Source: Minisyncoccota bacterium (GTDB taxonomy: Bacteria; Patescibacteriota; Minisyncoccia; UBA6257; 02-FULL-45-10c). From it: 64,000 nt of DNA. The stretch's first letter is position 1. The number at the start of each line of letters is the position of its first letter. The DNA lies in contig DATDXY010000001.1 of assembly GCA_036517155.1 (NCBI GenBank), forward strand, positions 6,510 to 70,509. Direction: 5' to 3'. The notes below the pieces were generated by a model, which was not told where the DNA came from, did not search any database, and worked only from the letters and a program-made list of their open reading frames with translations. Below are positions 25,732 through 35,154 of this stretch, in pieces. The position numbers and the translations under genes were made by a program.

Positions 25732-28128
25732 TTATTTATTTTTTTCTTTTTCCGCGATGACCGATAAAGTTTTAATCACAGTGTCCGGATTCAAGGAAAT
25801 GCTCGTAATGCCCTCACTAACTAAAAATTCCGCAAAGTCCGGATAATCCGATGGCGCTTGACCGCAAATCCCAATATATTTCTTTCTCACCAGGCATTTT
25901 TGGATTACCGTTTTAATCAATTGCTTGACCGAGGCGTCTTTTTCGTTAGCAATATGAGTAACGATGCCTGAATCCCGATCCAATCCCAGCGTTAATTGCG
26001 TCAAATCATTGGAACCGATGGACATGCCGTCAAAGACATCCAAAAACTCGTCCACACGCAAAATATTGGAGGGAATCTCGCACATCACGTAAACGCGTAA
26101 AGTTTTATCCCGAGCCCGGTCCAAACCGTGCGTTTCCATAATTTTAATAACTTTTTGGCCTTCTTCCGGTGTGCGGCAAAATGGAATCATCGGAATCACG
26201 TTTTGCAGACCCATATCTTCCCGGACTTTTTTCATCGCGATGCATTCCAATCCAAACGCGTCTTTGAATTTCTCGTCATAATAACGGGAAGCGCCCCGCC
26301 AACCGAGCATCGGATTTTCTTCTATCGGCTCATAAGCGTCCCCACCCAACAATTTTCGGTATTCGTTGGTTTTAAAATCGGAAAAACGGATAATCACTTC
26401 GTTTGGCCAGAAAGCGGCGCCGATTTTGGCAATGCCTTCCGCCAATTCATCGATATAAAATTGTTTTTTGTCCGTATAGCCGGGAGTGAGCCGGTCAATC
26501 GCTTTTTTCAGCGCCGAAGATTTCAGCTTAGCGTATTGCAATAAGGCATTGGGATGGACTTTGATGTGCGAGGCGATAATAAATTCCAATCGGCCTAATC
26601 CCACTCCCTGCGCCGGCAGATAATAATTTTTGAAGGCTTCATCTGGAGCGCCGATATTCACCATTACCTTAGTCCGGGTTTTCGGCAATTTATCCAGATG
26701 ATGTTCTTTGATTTCAAATGGCAAATTTCCTTCGTAAACTTTTCCCACTTCACCCGAAGAACAATCCACGGTGATCATTTGTCCATCTTTTAGCGTCCTC
26801 GTTGCTCGCTCGGAACCAACAATACAGGGAATCCCCAACTCTCTAGATACAATCGCCGCGTGGCTGGTCCGTCCGCCTTCGTCGGTGACAATCGCAGAAG
26901 CGATTTTCATAATCGGCTCCCAATCCGGATCGGTAATTTTTGTCACTAAAATCTCTCCCTTCTGAAATCGGGATAATTCTTTCGGGCTTTTAATCAATCG
27001 CACTTTGCCGGACGCGATTTTCGTGCCGACCGCCGCGCCCATGACCAAAACGGTGCTAGTGCTGGACAAGCGATATTCTTTGTAAACTTTTTTGTCGGCG
27101 GCGGCGTGGATAGTTTCCGGACGCGCCTGCACGATAAATAATTCTTTGGTCTTGCCGTCTTTCGCCCATTCAATATCCATCGGTTGATAACGCTGATGTT
27201 TGGCGGAAAAATATTTTTCAATTTGCGCTCCCCATCGGGCCAACTCCAACACCTCATCCTCGGTTAAACAAAATCGCGCCTGATCGGCGGTCGGCACTTT
27301 TACCGCTTTAGTTTCTTTCTTCCCGTAAATTAATTTCACATCTTTTCGGCCGATATTTTGGGCAATGATTGCACGCTTGCCTTGTTCCAATGTCGGCTTG
27401 AAAACAATAAACTCATCCGGCGTCACTTGTCCCTTCACAATCATTTCTCCCAAGCCGTAAGAAGCATTAATTTCCACCACTTTATCAAAACCGGTTTCCG
27501 TATCCAGCGTGAACATCACGCCACTGGCCGCCAAATCGGAGCGGACCATTTTTTGTACCCCTACGGATAACGCTACGTCAAAATGGGAAAATCCTTTGTC
27601 GGTCCGGTAAGAAATCGCCCGATCGGTAAACAATGAGGCAATGCATTTTTTAGTCGCTTCCAAAATCTCGTCTACGCCGACAATATTTAAATAAGTTTCC
27701 TGCTGGCCGGCGAAAGACGATCCGGGCAAATCTTCCGCAGTGGCGGAAGAACGCACCGCCACATCCGCATTACCGCCATAGTTCGCGCTTAATTCGATAT
27801 ACGCTTCTTGGATAATTTTCCGCAAATCTTCCGGTAAAGTTTCTGCCAAAATCATGGCTCGGATGGTTTTCCCCCGCTTTTGCAGATCTTTGATATTGTG
27901 GGTATTCAAGCCGGTCAGCGTTTCTTTAATCCGATTTTTCAATCCAGCTTTATCAAAAAAATACCGGTAAGCAGCGGAAGTCACCGCGAAACCGTTGGGC
28001 ACCCGAACGCCGAGCGGCACCAGATTGGAATACATTTCCCCCAACGCCGCATTTTTGCCGCCCACCAACGGTATATCTTCAATCCCGACTTCTTTAAACC
28101 ACAAAATAAATTGCTGATCCCTATTCAT
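25732..28128 (-). CDS. ppsA: Phosphoenolpyruvate synthase
   Basis: VGGKNA, AVRSSATAED, QARPET, GGRTSHAAIVSRE, FSDFKTNEY and SIGSNDLTQ; start taken at ATG 28128. Confidence 0.95.
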   Translation of the reverse strand: MNRDQQFILWFKEVGIEDIPLVGGKNAALGEMYSNLVPLGVRVPNGFAVTSAAYRYFFDKAGLKNRIKETLTGLNTHNIKDLQKRGKTIRAMILAETLPEDLRKIIQEAYIELSANYGGNADVAVRSSATAEDLPGSSFAGQQETYLNIVGVDEILEATKKCIASLFTDRAISYRTDKGFSHFDVALSVGVQKMVRSDLAASGVMFTLDTETGFDKVVEINASYGLGEMIVKGQVTPDEFIVFKPTLEQGKRAIIAQNIGRKDVKLIYGKKETKAVKVPTADQARFCLTEDEVLELARWGAQIEKYFSAKHQRYQPMDIEWAKDGKTKELFIVQARPETIHAAADKKVYKEYRLSSTSTVLVMGAAVGTKIASGKVRLIKSPKELSRFQKGEILVTKITDPDWEPIMKIASAIVTDEGGRTSHAAIVSRELGIPCIVGSERATRTLKDGQMITVDCSSGEVGKVYEGNLPFEIKEHHLDKLPKTRTKVMVNIGAPDEAFKNYYLPAQGVGLGRLEFIIASHIKVHPNALLQYAKLKSSALKKAIDRLTPGYTDKKQFYIDELAEGIAKIGAAFWPNEVIIRFSDFKTNEYRKLLGGDAYEPIEENPMLGWRGASRYYDEKFKDAFGLECIAMKKVREDMGLQNVIPMIPFCRTPEEGQKVIKIMETHGLDRARDKTLRVYVMCEIPSNILRVDEFLDVFDGMSIGSNDLTQLTLGLDRDSGIVTHIANEKDASVKQLIKTVIQKCLVRKKYIGICGQAPSDYPDFAEFLVSEGITSISLNPDTVIKTLSVIAEKEKNK

Positions 28129-29404
28129 AAATTGCCACAAAAAGATCGGAGACGTTGGAACCAGTGTCACCGGTCAGAAGATAATCGCCTACTTCCGAGA
28201 AAAATTCATACGACTTATTTTCCTCTAAAAAAATATCCAACTGCAAACCCAGCGCTTCCGCTTTTTCCTTTGTCATCATATCACAGATTACACCGGCAAA
28301 ATCCGTATTATCTCGGCCGTCCGAAGCAACAATAGCTACGCTTTGCCCGGGTTTTAAAAATCGAAGCGCTGACAAACCAACTTCTTGATTTCGTCCGCCC
28401 CTACCAGGCTTCTTCACAATAACAGTTGTTTCTCCGCCATACAAAAGAACAGATTTTGAAGCTGCTTTGTTTAAATCTTGAATTAAACGATATCCAACCT
28501 TACGAGCCTCGCCAACAAGCTTTCTGGTCACGATATGAGGTGAAAAACCCAACTCTACTGCCTTTTTCGCCATTGCGTCTAAGGCAGTGCCGTTAGACAC
28601 AATTAATATATTTTTCACTTTTTCAAAGTATTGGTCTTCTTTTGGCGTTTCCAGTAATCCTGTTAACGGAAAACCGCAACGGCTTTCAATTTTATATTTT
28701 TTGGCTATGGCGATGGCATCATTAATCGTCGTTGTGTCTTTTACGGTCGGTCCGGAAGAAATAAATTCCAGATTATCGCCCGGCACATCGGAAAAAATCA
28801 GCGATACAGCCGCAGCTGGATAAGCATATTTCGCTAAATAGCCGCCTCGGGCTAAAGAAAGGTGTTTTCGGATAGTATTTAATTCTTCTATATCTGCGCC
28901 AGCGCTAAATAAACATTCCACTAACTCTTTTTCTTGCACACAAGTAAAATTATTAGGTTGGCACAACAGAGTAGACCCACCTCCGGAAATCAAAAAGATT
29001 ACTAAATCTTTTTCGGTTAAACCAGTCAGTAAATTAATGATCGCTTTCGTCGCGTCCACATTCGCTTCGGTCGGAAAAGGATGCGTTCCTTGATAGGCCT
29101 TAATTTTTTTCAATGCGCCGCCATGGACATCTACTACCACTCCGTCAGTAAGATACTTACCTAAAATTGGTTCAATCGCCTGTCCGGCCTCAAACGCGCA
29201 TTTGCCTACGCCAACCACTAATAGCCGGCCAATTTCTGAAAGAACGAAGTGATCGTTTCCCACATATAACACCCCGTGCTCCAATCGAATATGCTTTTTA
29301 ATTACCAATTCGGTATCAATTGCCGCTAAACCAACCTCCACAATTTCTAAAGCTACTTTTCTAGTTTTAGTTTTGGCTAATGACGAGATGTTTTTAATTT
29401 TCAT
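28121..29404 (-). CDS. Glycerate 2-kinase (MOFRL family)
   Basis: GKCA, HP.P, ISGGGSTL, SDV.GD, GGETTV, GRGGRNQE and TGDTGSNV.D motifs. Confidence 0.9.
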   Translation of the reverse strand: MKIKNISSLAKTKTRKVALEIVEVGLAAIDTELVIKKHIRLEHGVLYVGNDHFVLSEIGRLLVVGVGKCAFEAGQAIEPILGKYLTDGVVVDVHGGALKKIKAYQGTHPFPTEANVDATKAIINLLTGLTEKDLVIFLISGGGSTLLCQPNNFTCVQEKELVECLFSAGADIEELNTIRKHLSLARGGYLAKYAYPAAAVSLIFSDVPGDNLEFISSGPTVKDTTTINDAIAIAKKYKIESRCGFPLTGLLETPKEDQYFEKVKNILIVSNGTALDAMAKKAVELGFSPHIVTRKLVGEARKVGYRLIQDLNKAASKSVLLYGGETTVIVKKPGRGGRNQEVGLSALRFLKPGQSVAIVASDGRDNTDFAGVICDMMTKEKAEALGLQLDIFLEENKSYEFFSEVGDYLLTGDTGSNVSDLFVAIYE

Positions 29405-31584
29405 AATTTAGCTTTTCGCAATAACATGGCATTTACCGCGACAATCACGGTACTTAAAGACATAAACAGCGCCGCTACCGCCGGCTGGAGAAATATCCCT
29501 CTAAACGCCAGCACGCCCGCCGCCAATGGAATCGCTACTATATTATACCCTGCCGCCCAAAATAAGTTTTGAATCATTTTGGCATAAGTCATGCGGGAAA
29601 GTTTGATAATTTTGGGAATATCCTGCGGATCATTTTTAAAAAGCACAATGCCGGCTGATTCGATCGCCACATTCGTACCGGCACCGATAGCAATTCCCAA
29701 ATCTGCTTGCGTCAATGCCGGGGCATCATTCACACCATCTCCCACCATTGCCACTTTTTGTCCCTTCGCTTGCAGGGCCTTTATTTTTTCGGATTTGGTT
29801 TCCGGCAGCACTTTAGAAAAATATTCCTGGATTCCCAATTCTTGGGCCACCCAATGCGCGACATCTTCCGAATCGCCGGTAATCATGGCGGTTTTTATGC
29901 CCATTGCCTGCAGGGCTTTGATCGCCAGGCGAGATTCTTCCCGAATGATATCCGCCAGCGTAATTGCGCCCAATATTTTTTTTGCCGTTGCGATGAAAAT
30001 CACTGTTTTCCCCTGCCGGGACAAAAGATCAATTTTTTTCTGAAATTCCGGAGTGAACGTTAAACGCTGTTCCGCCAATAAAGTTTCGCTGCCCGCATAA
30101 AAAGTTTCGTTATTAATATCGGCGCGCGCGCCTTTGCCGGCAATTCTTTGAAAGTTTTTTATTTCCAATAAAATAATCTTCCGCTTCTTGGCTTCTCGAA
30201 CAATGGCCTGAGCAATCGGATGTTCGGAATGGTTATCCACGGAAGCGGCTAACTGCAATACTTCGGTTTCTTTTTCAGATTCCATTGAGATAATTTCTGC
30301 TATGCCAAATTCTCCTTTCGTTAAAGTTCCAGTTTTATCAAAGACCACAATATCAATATTCCGCGCCGCCTCCAGCGCCATCCGCTGTTTTACCAAAAAA
30401 CCGTTGCGGGCGGCTTTGGTGGTAGAAATGGAAGCGACTAAAGGAATCGCCAATCCCAGCGCATGCGGACAAGCGATAACCAACACCGCAACCATACGTT
30501 CTACCGCAAAAGCAGGGTCGGCAACCGCCAACCAACTAGCCAGAGTGATACCGCCGGTTACTACCGCAACAATCGTAAGATAATAGGCAGCCCGATCGGA
30601 TAAAAGCTGTAGCCGCGATTTGGACGCTTGCGCTTCCGCCACCAATCGCATCACGCCAGCTAAAAACGTATGTTCTCCAATTTTCGTCACTTGAACCGTC
30701 AGCGATCCGTCGCCGTTTACGGTTCCAGCAATTACTTCCTTGCCTTTTTGTTTGGCAACGGGCTTGGATTCTCCGGTAGCAACCGATTCATTTACTTCGG
30801 ACACGCCTTCTATTACAATTCCGTCCGCGGGAATCTTAGCGCCAGGCTTTACCAAGACCCGGTCGTTTTCTTTTAATTCCGCCAACGGGATTAGAATTGT
30901 TTTTCCGTTCCGGAATACTTCCGCTTGGTCCGGCAATAATTTAGATAATTCTTTCAAGGCGCCCCGGGCTCCAGTTACTGCCCGCATTTCCAGCCAATGG
31001 CCCAAAAGCATAATAGTAATCAAGGTCGCCAATTCCCAAAACAGAGTTTCTCCTCTGCTCTGGCCCACCGCCCATAAACTGTAGATATAGGCGGTGGAGA
31101 TGGCCAAGGCAATCAAAGTCATCATCCCGGGCTGTTTAGCCCGCAATTCCCGAAAAGCGGAAGCAATAAAAATTGATCCGCCATAAAAGAAAATAATAGA
31201 AGCCAGCGCCAATGGGACAAAACGCGAACCGAGGAATTCCGGCGCTTGATATTGCAGCAGTTTTTGCACCACATCGGAATAGGCCACCACTGGAATACTC
31301 AATACCAAACTAATCCAAAATTTTACTTTAAAGATATTAGTGGAATGGCCTTCGTGTTTATTTGATTCTTTGTGATCCGAGTGGCCGGATTTTTCCGGTA
31401 CCAGCCGCATGCCACATTCCGGGCACATTCCCCCATGATCTTGCCGTATGTCCGGGTGCATTGGGCAGGTATACATTTGCCTCATCTTGGCCGACACTAA
31501 TTTCATACCGCAATCTGGACATAATCCTGGATGATTACTTTTGACCCATGGGTGCATCGGACAAGTGTAAATTGTGTGTTCCAT
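29401..31584 (-). CDS. Copper-translocating P1B-type ATPase (CPH motif, P1B-3/CopB-like)
   Basis: Two YTCPMHP...CP.CGM.L metal-binding domains, His-rich linker, TGES, ACPHALG, DKTGT, HP, GDGVND, YN and MSLST. Confidence 0.92.
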   Translation of the reverse strand: MEHTIYTCPMHPWVKSNHPGLCPDCGMKLVSAKMRQMYTCPMHPDIRQDHGGMCPECGMRLVPEKSGHSDHKESNKHEGHSTNIFKVKFWISLVLSIPVVAYSDVVQKLLQYQAPEFLGSRFVPLALASIIFFYGGSIFIASAFRELRAKQPGMMTLIALAISTAYIYSLWAVGQSRGETLFWELATLITIMLLGHWLEMRAVTGARGALKELSKLLPDQAEVFRNGKTILIPLAELKENDRVLVKPGAKIPADGIVIEGVSEVNESVATGESKPVAKQKGKEVIAGTVNGDGSLTVQVTKIGEHTFLAGVMRLVAEAQASKSRLQLLSDRAAYYLTIVAVVTGGITLASWLAVADPAFAVERMVAVLVIACPHALGLAIPLVASISTTKAARNGFLVKQRMALEAARNIDIVVFDKTGTLTKGEFGIAEIISMESEKETEVLQLAASVDNHSEHPIAQAIVREAKKRKIILLEIKNFQRIAGKGARADINNETFYAGSETLLAEQRLTFTPEFQKKIDLLSRQGKTVIFIATAKKILGAITLADIIREESRLAIKALQAMGIKTAMITGDSEDVAHWVAQELGIQEYFSKVLPETKSEKIKALQAKGQKVAMVGDGVNDAPALTQADLGIAIGAGTNVAIESAGIVLFKNDPQDIPKIIKLSRMTYAKMIQNLFWAAGYNIVAIPLAAGVLAFRGIFLQPAVAALFMSLSTVIVAVNAMLLRKAKL

Positions 31585-31613
31585 AATTGTATATTCTTTA
31601 TTTTACATCTAAA

Positions 31614-32489
31614 TTATACCCCGCACGAACCGCCCTGCGGCCGAACCGGCGGAGTAGACAACAACTGGACGACTTTTTGATAGCCGGCAGAACTGGAATA
31701 CGCTGAACTCAAGACCTTTTCCGGAACCAAAGGCATTCCTTCCTGCTGAAAATACTTTTCAATCGTCAGATAATTATCCGGAAACCAGAATTTTTGGACT
31801 TGGTACGCCACTTTGTACATTTCTTGTTCCGACATTCCTTGCGCCGCCAGCAATTCCAACAATCCCAGCATTGCCATGCCATGATTGCAATCCGGAAAAT
31901 GCGTTGCATTGCCGCAACAGGGGCGATGAATGGAACGGCTCATTTTTTCCACTAAGGATTGCTGTTCCGAAGTAAGCGCAATCAATGGGTGCCGCGCGTA
32001 ATGATTCATTGCATCACCCCGCGCTAAGGTCCAGCCGCCGGTAGACGCGAATCCGCCCGCGCCGCCGTAGCGCGCATCCATCATCGGCCCTTGGGTCAAA
32101 ATTCGGTTTTCGTTTCCCAAACCCAACGCCCACAAAATATTCAGCAAAATGTCCGAATTATTTTCATTCATGCGGATTTCTTTTATATCCGAACGGGTCA
32201 ATAACACTTCCATATCCGCCGGCAAACCGCCCCGGGCTTCATACAGCGCCTCAAAACTCTGCAAATCAATCACGCCGTTTTTTACCAAATCAATCCCCAG
32301 GGAATCCCATTGCGCCGGTATAATGACTTCCCCATCGACCGTTTCTATATCCGAGGCGATGGCGGTTATTTTTTCGTTTTTTTTGAGCGAACGATCGCCA
32401 ATCACATACATCGTTCCTATTCCCAGCCCGATAAGCGTTAAGGACGAAAGCGCTCCAATCCAAAAATCGGAAAGTTTTTTATTGGACAT
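31614..32489 (-). CDS. Membrane-anchored Cys/His-rich hypothetical protein
   Basis: N-terminal TM; FASTGGW, RPCCGN...FPDCNHGM; C-terminal GGSCGV. Confidence 0.75.
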   Translation of the reverse strand: MSNKKLSDFWIGALSSLTLIGLGIGTMYVIGDRSLKKNEKITAIASDIETVDGEVIIPAQWDSLGIDLVKNGVIDLQSFEALYEARGGLPADMEVLLTRSDIKEIRMNENNSDILLNILWALGLGNENRILTQGPMMDARYGGAGGFASTGGWTLARGDAMNHYARHPLIALTSEQQSLVEKMSRSIHRPCCGNATHFPDCNHGMAMLGLLELLAAQGMSEQEMYKVAYQVQKFWFPDNYLTIEKYFQQEGMPLVPEKVLSSAYSSSAGYQKVVQLLSTPPVRPQGGSCGV

Positions 32490-32490
32490 A

Positions 32491-32841
32491 TTATAATGAA
32501 CAACCGCTTAAGCGGGCTAATTTTTCCAATCCCTGTTCGCCTTCCAAACGAGTGCCATCGGCAAAAATCCAAGTTGGATAGCCATTAATACCCAGCTTAA
32601 GGCAAGCATCAATATTTTTTGGACATTCCACGTAGGGCACATATTGGAACGAAGCGCCAAAGGCACGTTTTTCGTTTTGACAATGCGAACACCACTCCGC
32701 GCCGTACATCGTGATTTCTTTGGTCGCCAGACATTTCGCGAATTCGTCTAGTTGGCCCTGCGCCGCATCGCGCGGATACAAGGCCACTACCGAAGCTACT
32801 ACAGCGCTAGTTAAAATAAGCCAGAAAAAAATTTTATTCAT
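32491..32841 (-). CDS. Exported thioredoxin-like protein (VKOR-associated Trx type)
   Basis: MYGAEWCSHC, YVEC, C...GINGYPTW and LSGC. Confidence 0.85.
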   Translation of the reverse strand: MNKIFFWLILTSAVVASVVALYPRDAAQGQLDEFAKCLATKEITMYGAEWCSHCQNEKRAFGASFQYVPYVECPKNIDACLKLGINGYPTWIFADGTRLEGEQGLEKLARLSGCSL

Positions 32842-33328
32842 GACAACAATCTACTAATTTATCCACGATATCCTGATACGACCAGGGTTTTTCGTCAGCA
32901 GCCATTTTTTTGAAACCGGAGGCGTCAATGACTTTTAACCGCAGCGCCCAAAACATCGCATACACTTTGTACGCGTGTTCAAACATGGCAATCGCTTCCG
33001 CATTTTTATTATCGGCTTTCAATTTTGTTCCCACTTCAATCAAACGCATCGCGGCCGCCAGCAGATGTTTCGCGATACACCAGGTTTCTCCTTCGTGCCG
33101 GCTAATCAGCTTGCCCAGTAATTGTTTCCGCATCTCCCGGATTTCTTGCGCGAAATCAAAGTATTCATTTTTTTTCGTTTTTGCGCCGGTGAAAAAGTAA
33201 TGTTCTTCCAAACTCACTAAATTCATCACCGCAATACTCAAATCTTCTTCCAGAGAAAGATCAATTTGGCCGCTTTTTTTCAGTGCTTCAATTTTCTTTA
33301 CCAGATCTTCAAATTTTTGTTTGTCCAT
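32834..33328 (-). CDS. Cytoplasmic helical hypothetical protein with putative metal ligands
   Basis: EDLSIAVMNLVSLEEH, WCIAKH; C-terminal DCCHE. Confidence 0.75.
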   Translation of the reverse strand: MDKQKFEDLVKKIEALKKSGQIDLSLEEDLSIAVMNLVSLEEHYFFTGAKTKKNEYFDFAQEIREMRKQLLGKLISRHEGETWCIAKHLLAAAMRLIEVGTKLKADNKNAEAIAMFEHAYKVYAMFWALRLKVIDASGFKKMAADEKPWSYQDIVDKLVDCCHE

Positions 33329-33341
33329 AATGGTTATTGAA

Positions 33342-34124
33342 TTAAATTAGCAAGATCAGGATCGCGAGCGCGACCATCGCGATACCGCTCCAGAAACGCA
33401 TGGCGCCAGCTTCTTGCCGCTGCCAGGCTTGCACCCGTTCCAGTAAACTGCGTTCGCTCGCTAGCAACAAAATTAACACCAGCGGAAGCACAAATAAAAG
33501 ATTGTAGAAAATCAGATAACCGAGACCTTTCCAGTAAGTCGCCTGGTCATGCAACAAACCGAGCACCAATAAATACGGACCGCCAGTGCACGGAAATTCG
33601 CACAAAGCCACCAATGCTCCCAGAAAAAAAGCGGTTGGTAAAGACGCGCGTTCCATTAACTCTGCCATTTTCGGATGAGCAAAGCTGGGAATTTTCAACT
33701 TAATGGGAAAAGCCGGGAAATAATGATTAATGAGATTAATCGCTCCCAGCGCCAGTAACAACACCGCCGCGGCTTTCGCCATGAAATTCGGCGTGTTGAA
33801 GAAGTGTAAAGTCTGCAAAATCCCCAAACCAATCAGGATGTAGGCAACAAAAATTCCGGCAATATAGAAACTGCCGATTTTTAATATGCCGGACCGCAAT
33901 TTCCCGACACTCAAAAGAAACGCAATCGTGAGTAACAATACGGAGAAAGCGCAGGGATTAATGCTGTCAATCAAAGCGGAAATGCCCACTAAGGGCAAGA
34001 CCCATTTCCCCTCCTGGCTTAAATTCCACAAAGCAGTTGTCCCAATGTTCCCGAATTTGATTGCCGCAAGACTGCCAATCAACGCAACCGCTATGCCCAA
34101 TAATACGAATAATTTTTTATTCAT
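33342..34124 (-). CDS. CcdA/DsbD-beta-like transmembrane thiol transporter
   Basis: DSINPCAF and ELPC-type (EFPCTGGPY) Cys pair; 6-7 TM segments. Confidence 0.85.
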   Translation of the reverse strand: MNKKLFVLLGIAVALIGSLAAIKFGNIGTTALWNLSQEGKWVLPLVGISALIDSINPCAFSVLLLTIAFLLSVGKLRSGILKIGSFYIAGIFVAYILIGLGILQTLHFFNTPNFMAKAAAVLLLALGAINLINHYFPAFPIKLKIPSFAHPKMAELMERASLPTAFFLGALVALCEFPCTGGPYLLVLGLLHDQATYWKGLGYLIFYNLLFVLPLVLILLLASERSLLERVQAWQRQEAGAMRFWSGIAMVALAILILLI

Positions 34125-34127
34125 AAG

Positions 34128-34628
34128 TTAAGGCGTAACGCGAGCCGAGATTCTTAATTCCAGAGGCGCGCCGTTGCTTTGTTCTAGATACACCGACCGC
34201 TCAATAGTTCCCACGCCAGCCGGCCCGTGCGCCGCCGGATCAAATTCTACTTCTACCGCCACTTTTTCTCCGGGTAAAATTTGTTGATTGATTTTCGGTA
34301 CTACGCCATGGCCCGGCATGCCAAACGGCCCCCGTTCCTTATTGCCGATAATCAGCTTTGCTTCGGTGCACATGCACGAAGTGTACATTTTCGCGACCGT
34401 AACCGTTTCCGCGGTCGGGTTAGTAACTGTAAATTGATGCCGCACTTTGCCCGCCGCCATGGAGATGGCGCCGAAATCAAATGCGCTTTCTGCCGATGCT
34501 AACAGGACCTCTCCTTCTCCTTGGGATACCGGCGTTCCGGCATTATTGGTGCCAAACCAGACAACTATTACTCCCAAAACAAGAATACTTAATCCAATGC
34601 CTAACCAGAGTTCTTTTTTTGTTTCCAT
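34128..34628 (-). CDS. DUF1573-like Ig-fold protein with putative Cu ligands
   Basis: FDFG.I, TSCMCT, GMPGHG and FDPAAHGP. Confidence 0.8.
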   Translation of the reverse strand: METKKELWLGIGLSILVLGVIVVWFGTNNAGTPVSQGEGEVLLASAESAFDFGAISMAAGKVRHQFTVTNPTAETVTVAKMYTSCMCTEAKLIIGNKERGPFGMPGHGVVPKINQQILPGEKVAVEVEFDPAAHGPAGVGTIERSVYLEQSNGAPLELRISARVTP

Positions 34629-34648
34629 AATCAATAATTTTTAAAAAT

Positions 34649-34734
34649 AAAAAAACCGTTTCCCTGAAAGAAGTTTTCCACAACTCTAATTGACGCTGTT
34701 CGAAGGCGTTTGTGAAAAACTAAAAGGAAACGGC
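34649..34734 (-). promoter_or_regulatory. Long hairpin plus U-tract overlapping the leader ORF stop (candidate attenuator)
   Basis: GCCGUUUCC(34734-26)/GGAAACGGU(34663-55); AGUUUUUCACAA(34721-10)/UUGUGGAAAACU(34683-72); ACGC/GCGU apex; followed by a U-tract. Confidence 0.65.
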
Positions 34735-35130
34735 TGGGTCGCGTTTTTCCAGCAAGGCCTGCCAATGCCGTAGCGGTTGATTGGCCATTGCGAACTGAGT
34801 AACTTGAGAGTGGAACGAAATTCCGCCCATTACGTTATTCTCGCTTTGTGTAACTAAAAGATTGATGCCAACTAATAAAAGAAGAACGGAAAGCAATGAA
34901 GCCATTATGCTCCAGTCAAAAATCAGCGCGGAAGAAAGCCCTTGAAATACTTGAAAATGAAAGTTGAGTATCGCCGAAGCAAAACCGCTTTCTGGGCAAA
35001 CTGCCGACTGGCCCAGAGCCGCAAAACACATTTGGTGCGCTTGCAAGGCTTGGTGATCCATAACCAAAAATCCCGCTAAGAGCACAGTGAGAAAGGCTGA
35101 GATAATCAATAAAGTTCCTGCTATTTTCAT
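34720..35130 (-). CDS. Membrane leader protein of the copper operon (candidate arrest peptide)
   Basis: N-terminal TM, MDH..AHQMC..CP..FH, second TM, C-terminal WQALLEKRDPAVSF; TAAGAT 7 nt before the ATG. Confidence 0.7.
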   Translation of the reverse strand: MKIAGTLLIISAFLTVLLAGFLVMDHQALQAHQMCFAALGQSAVCPESGFASAILNFHFQVFQGLSSALIFDWSIMASLLSVLLLLVGINLLVTQSENNVMGGISFHSQVTQFAMANQPLRHWQALLEKRDPAVSF

Positions 35131-35154
35131 TGTTTTGATCTTACCATTTTTCTC

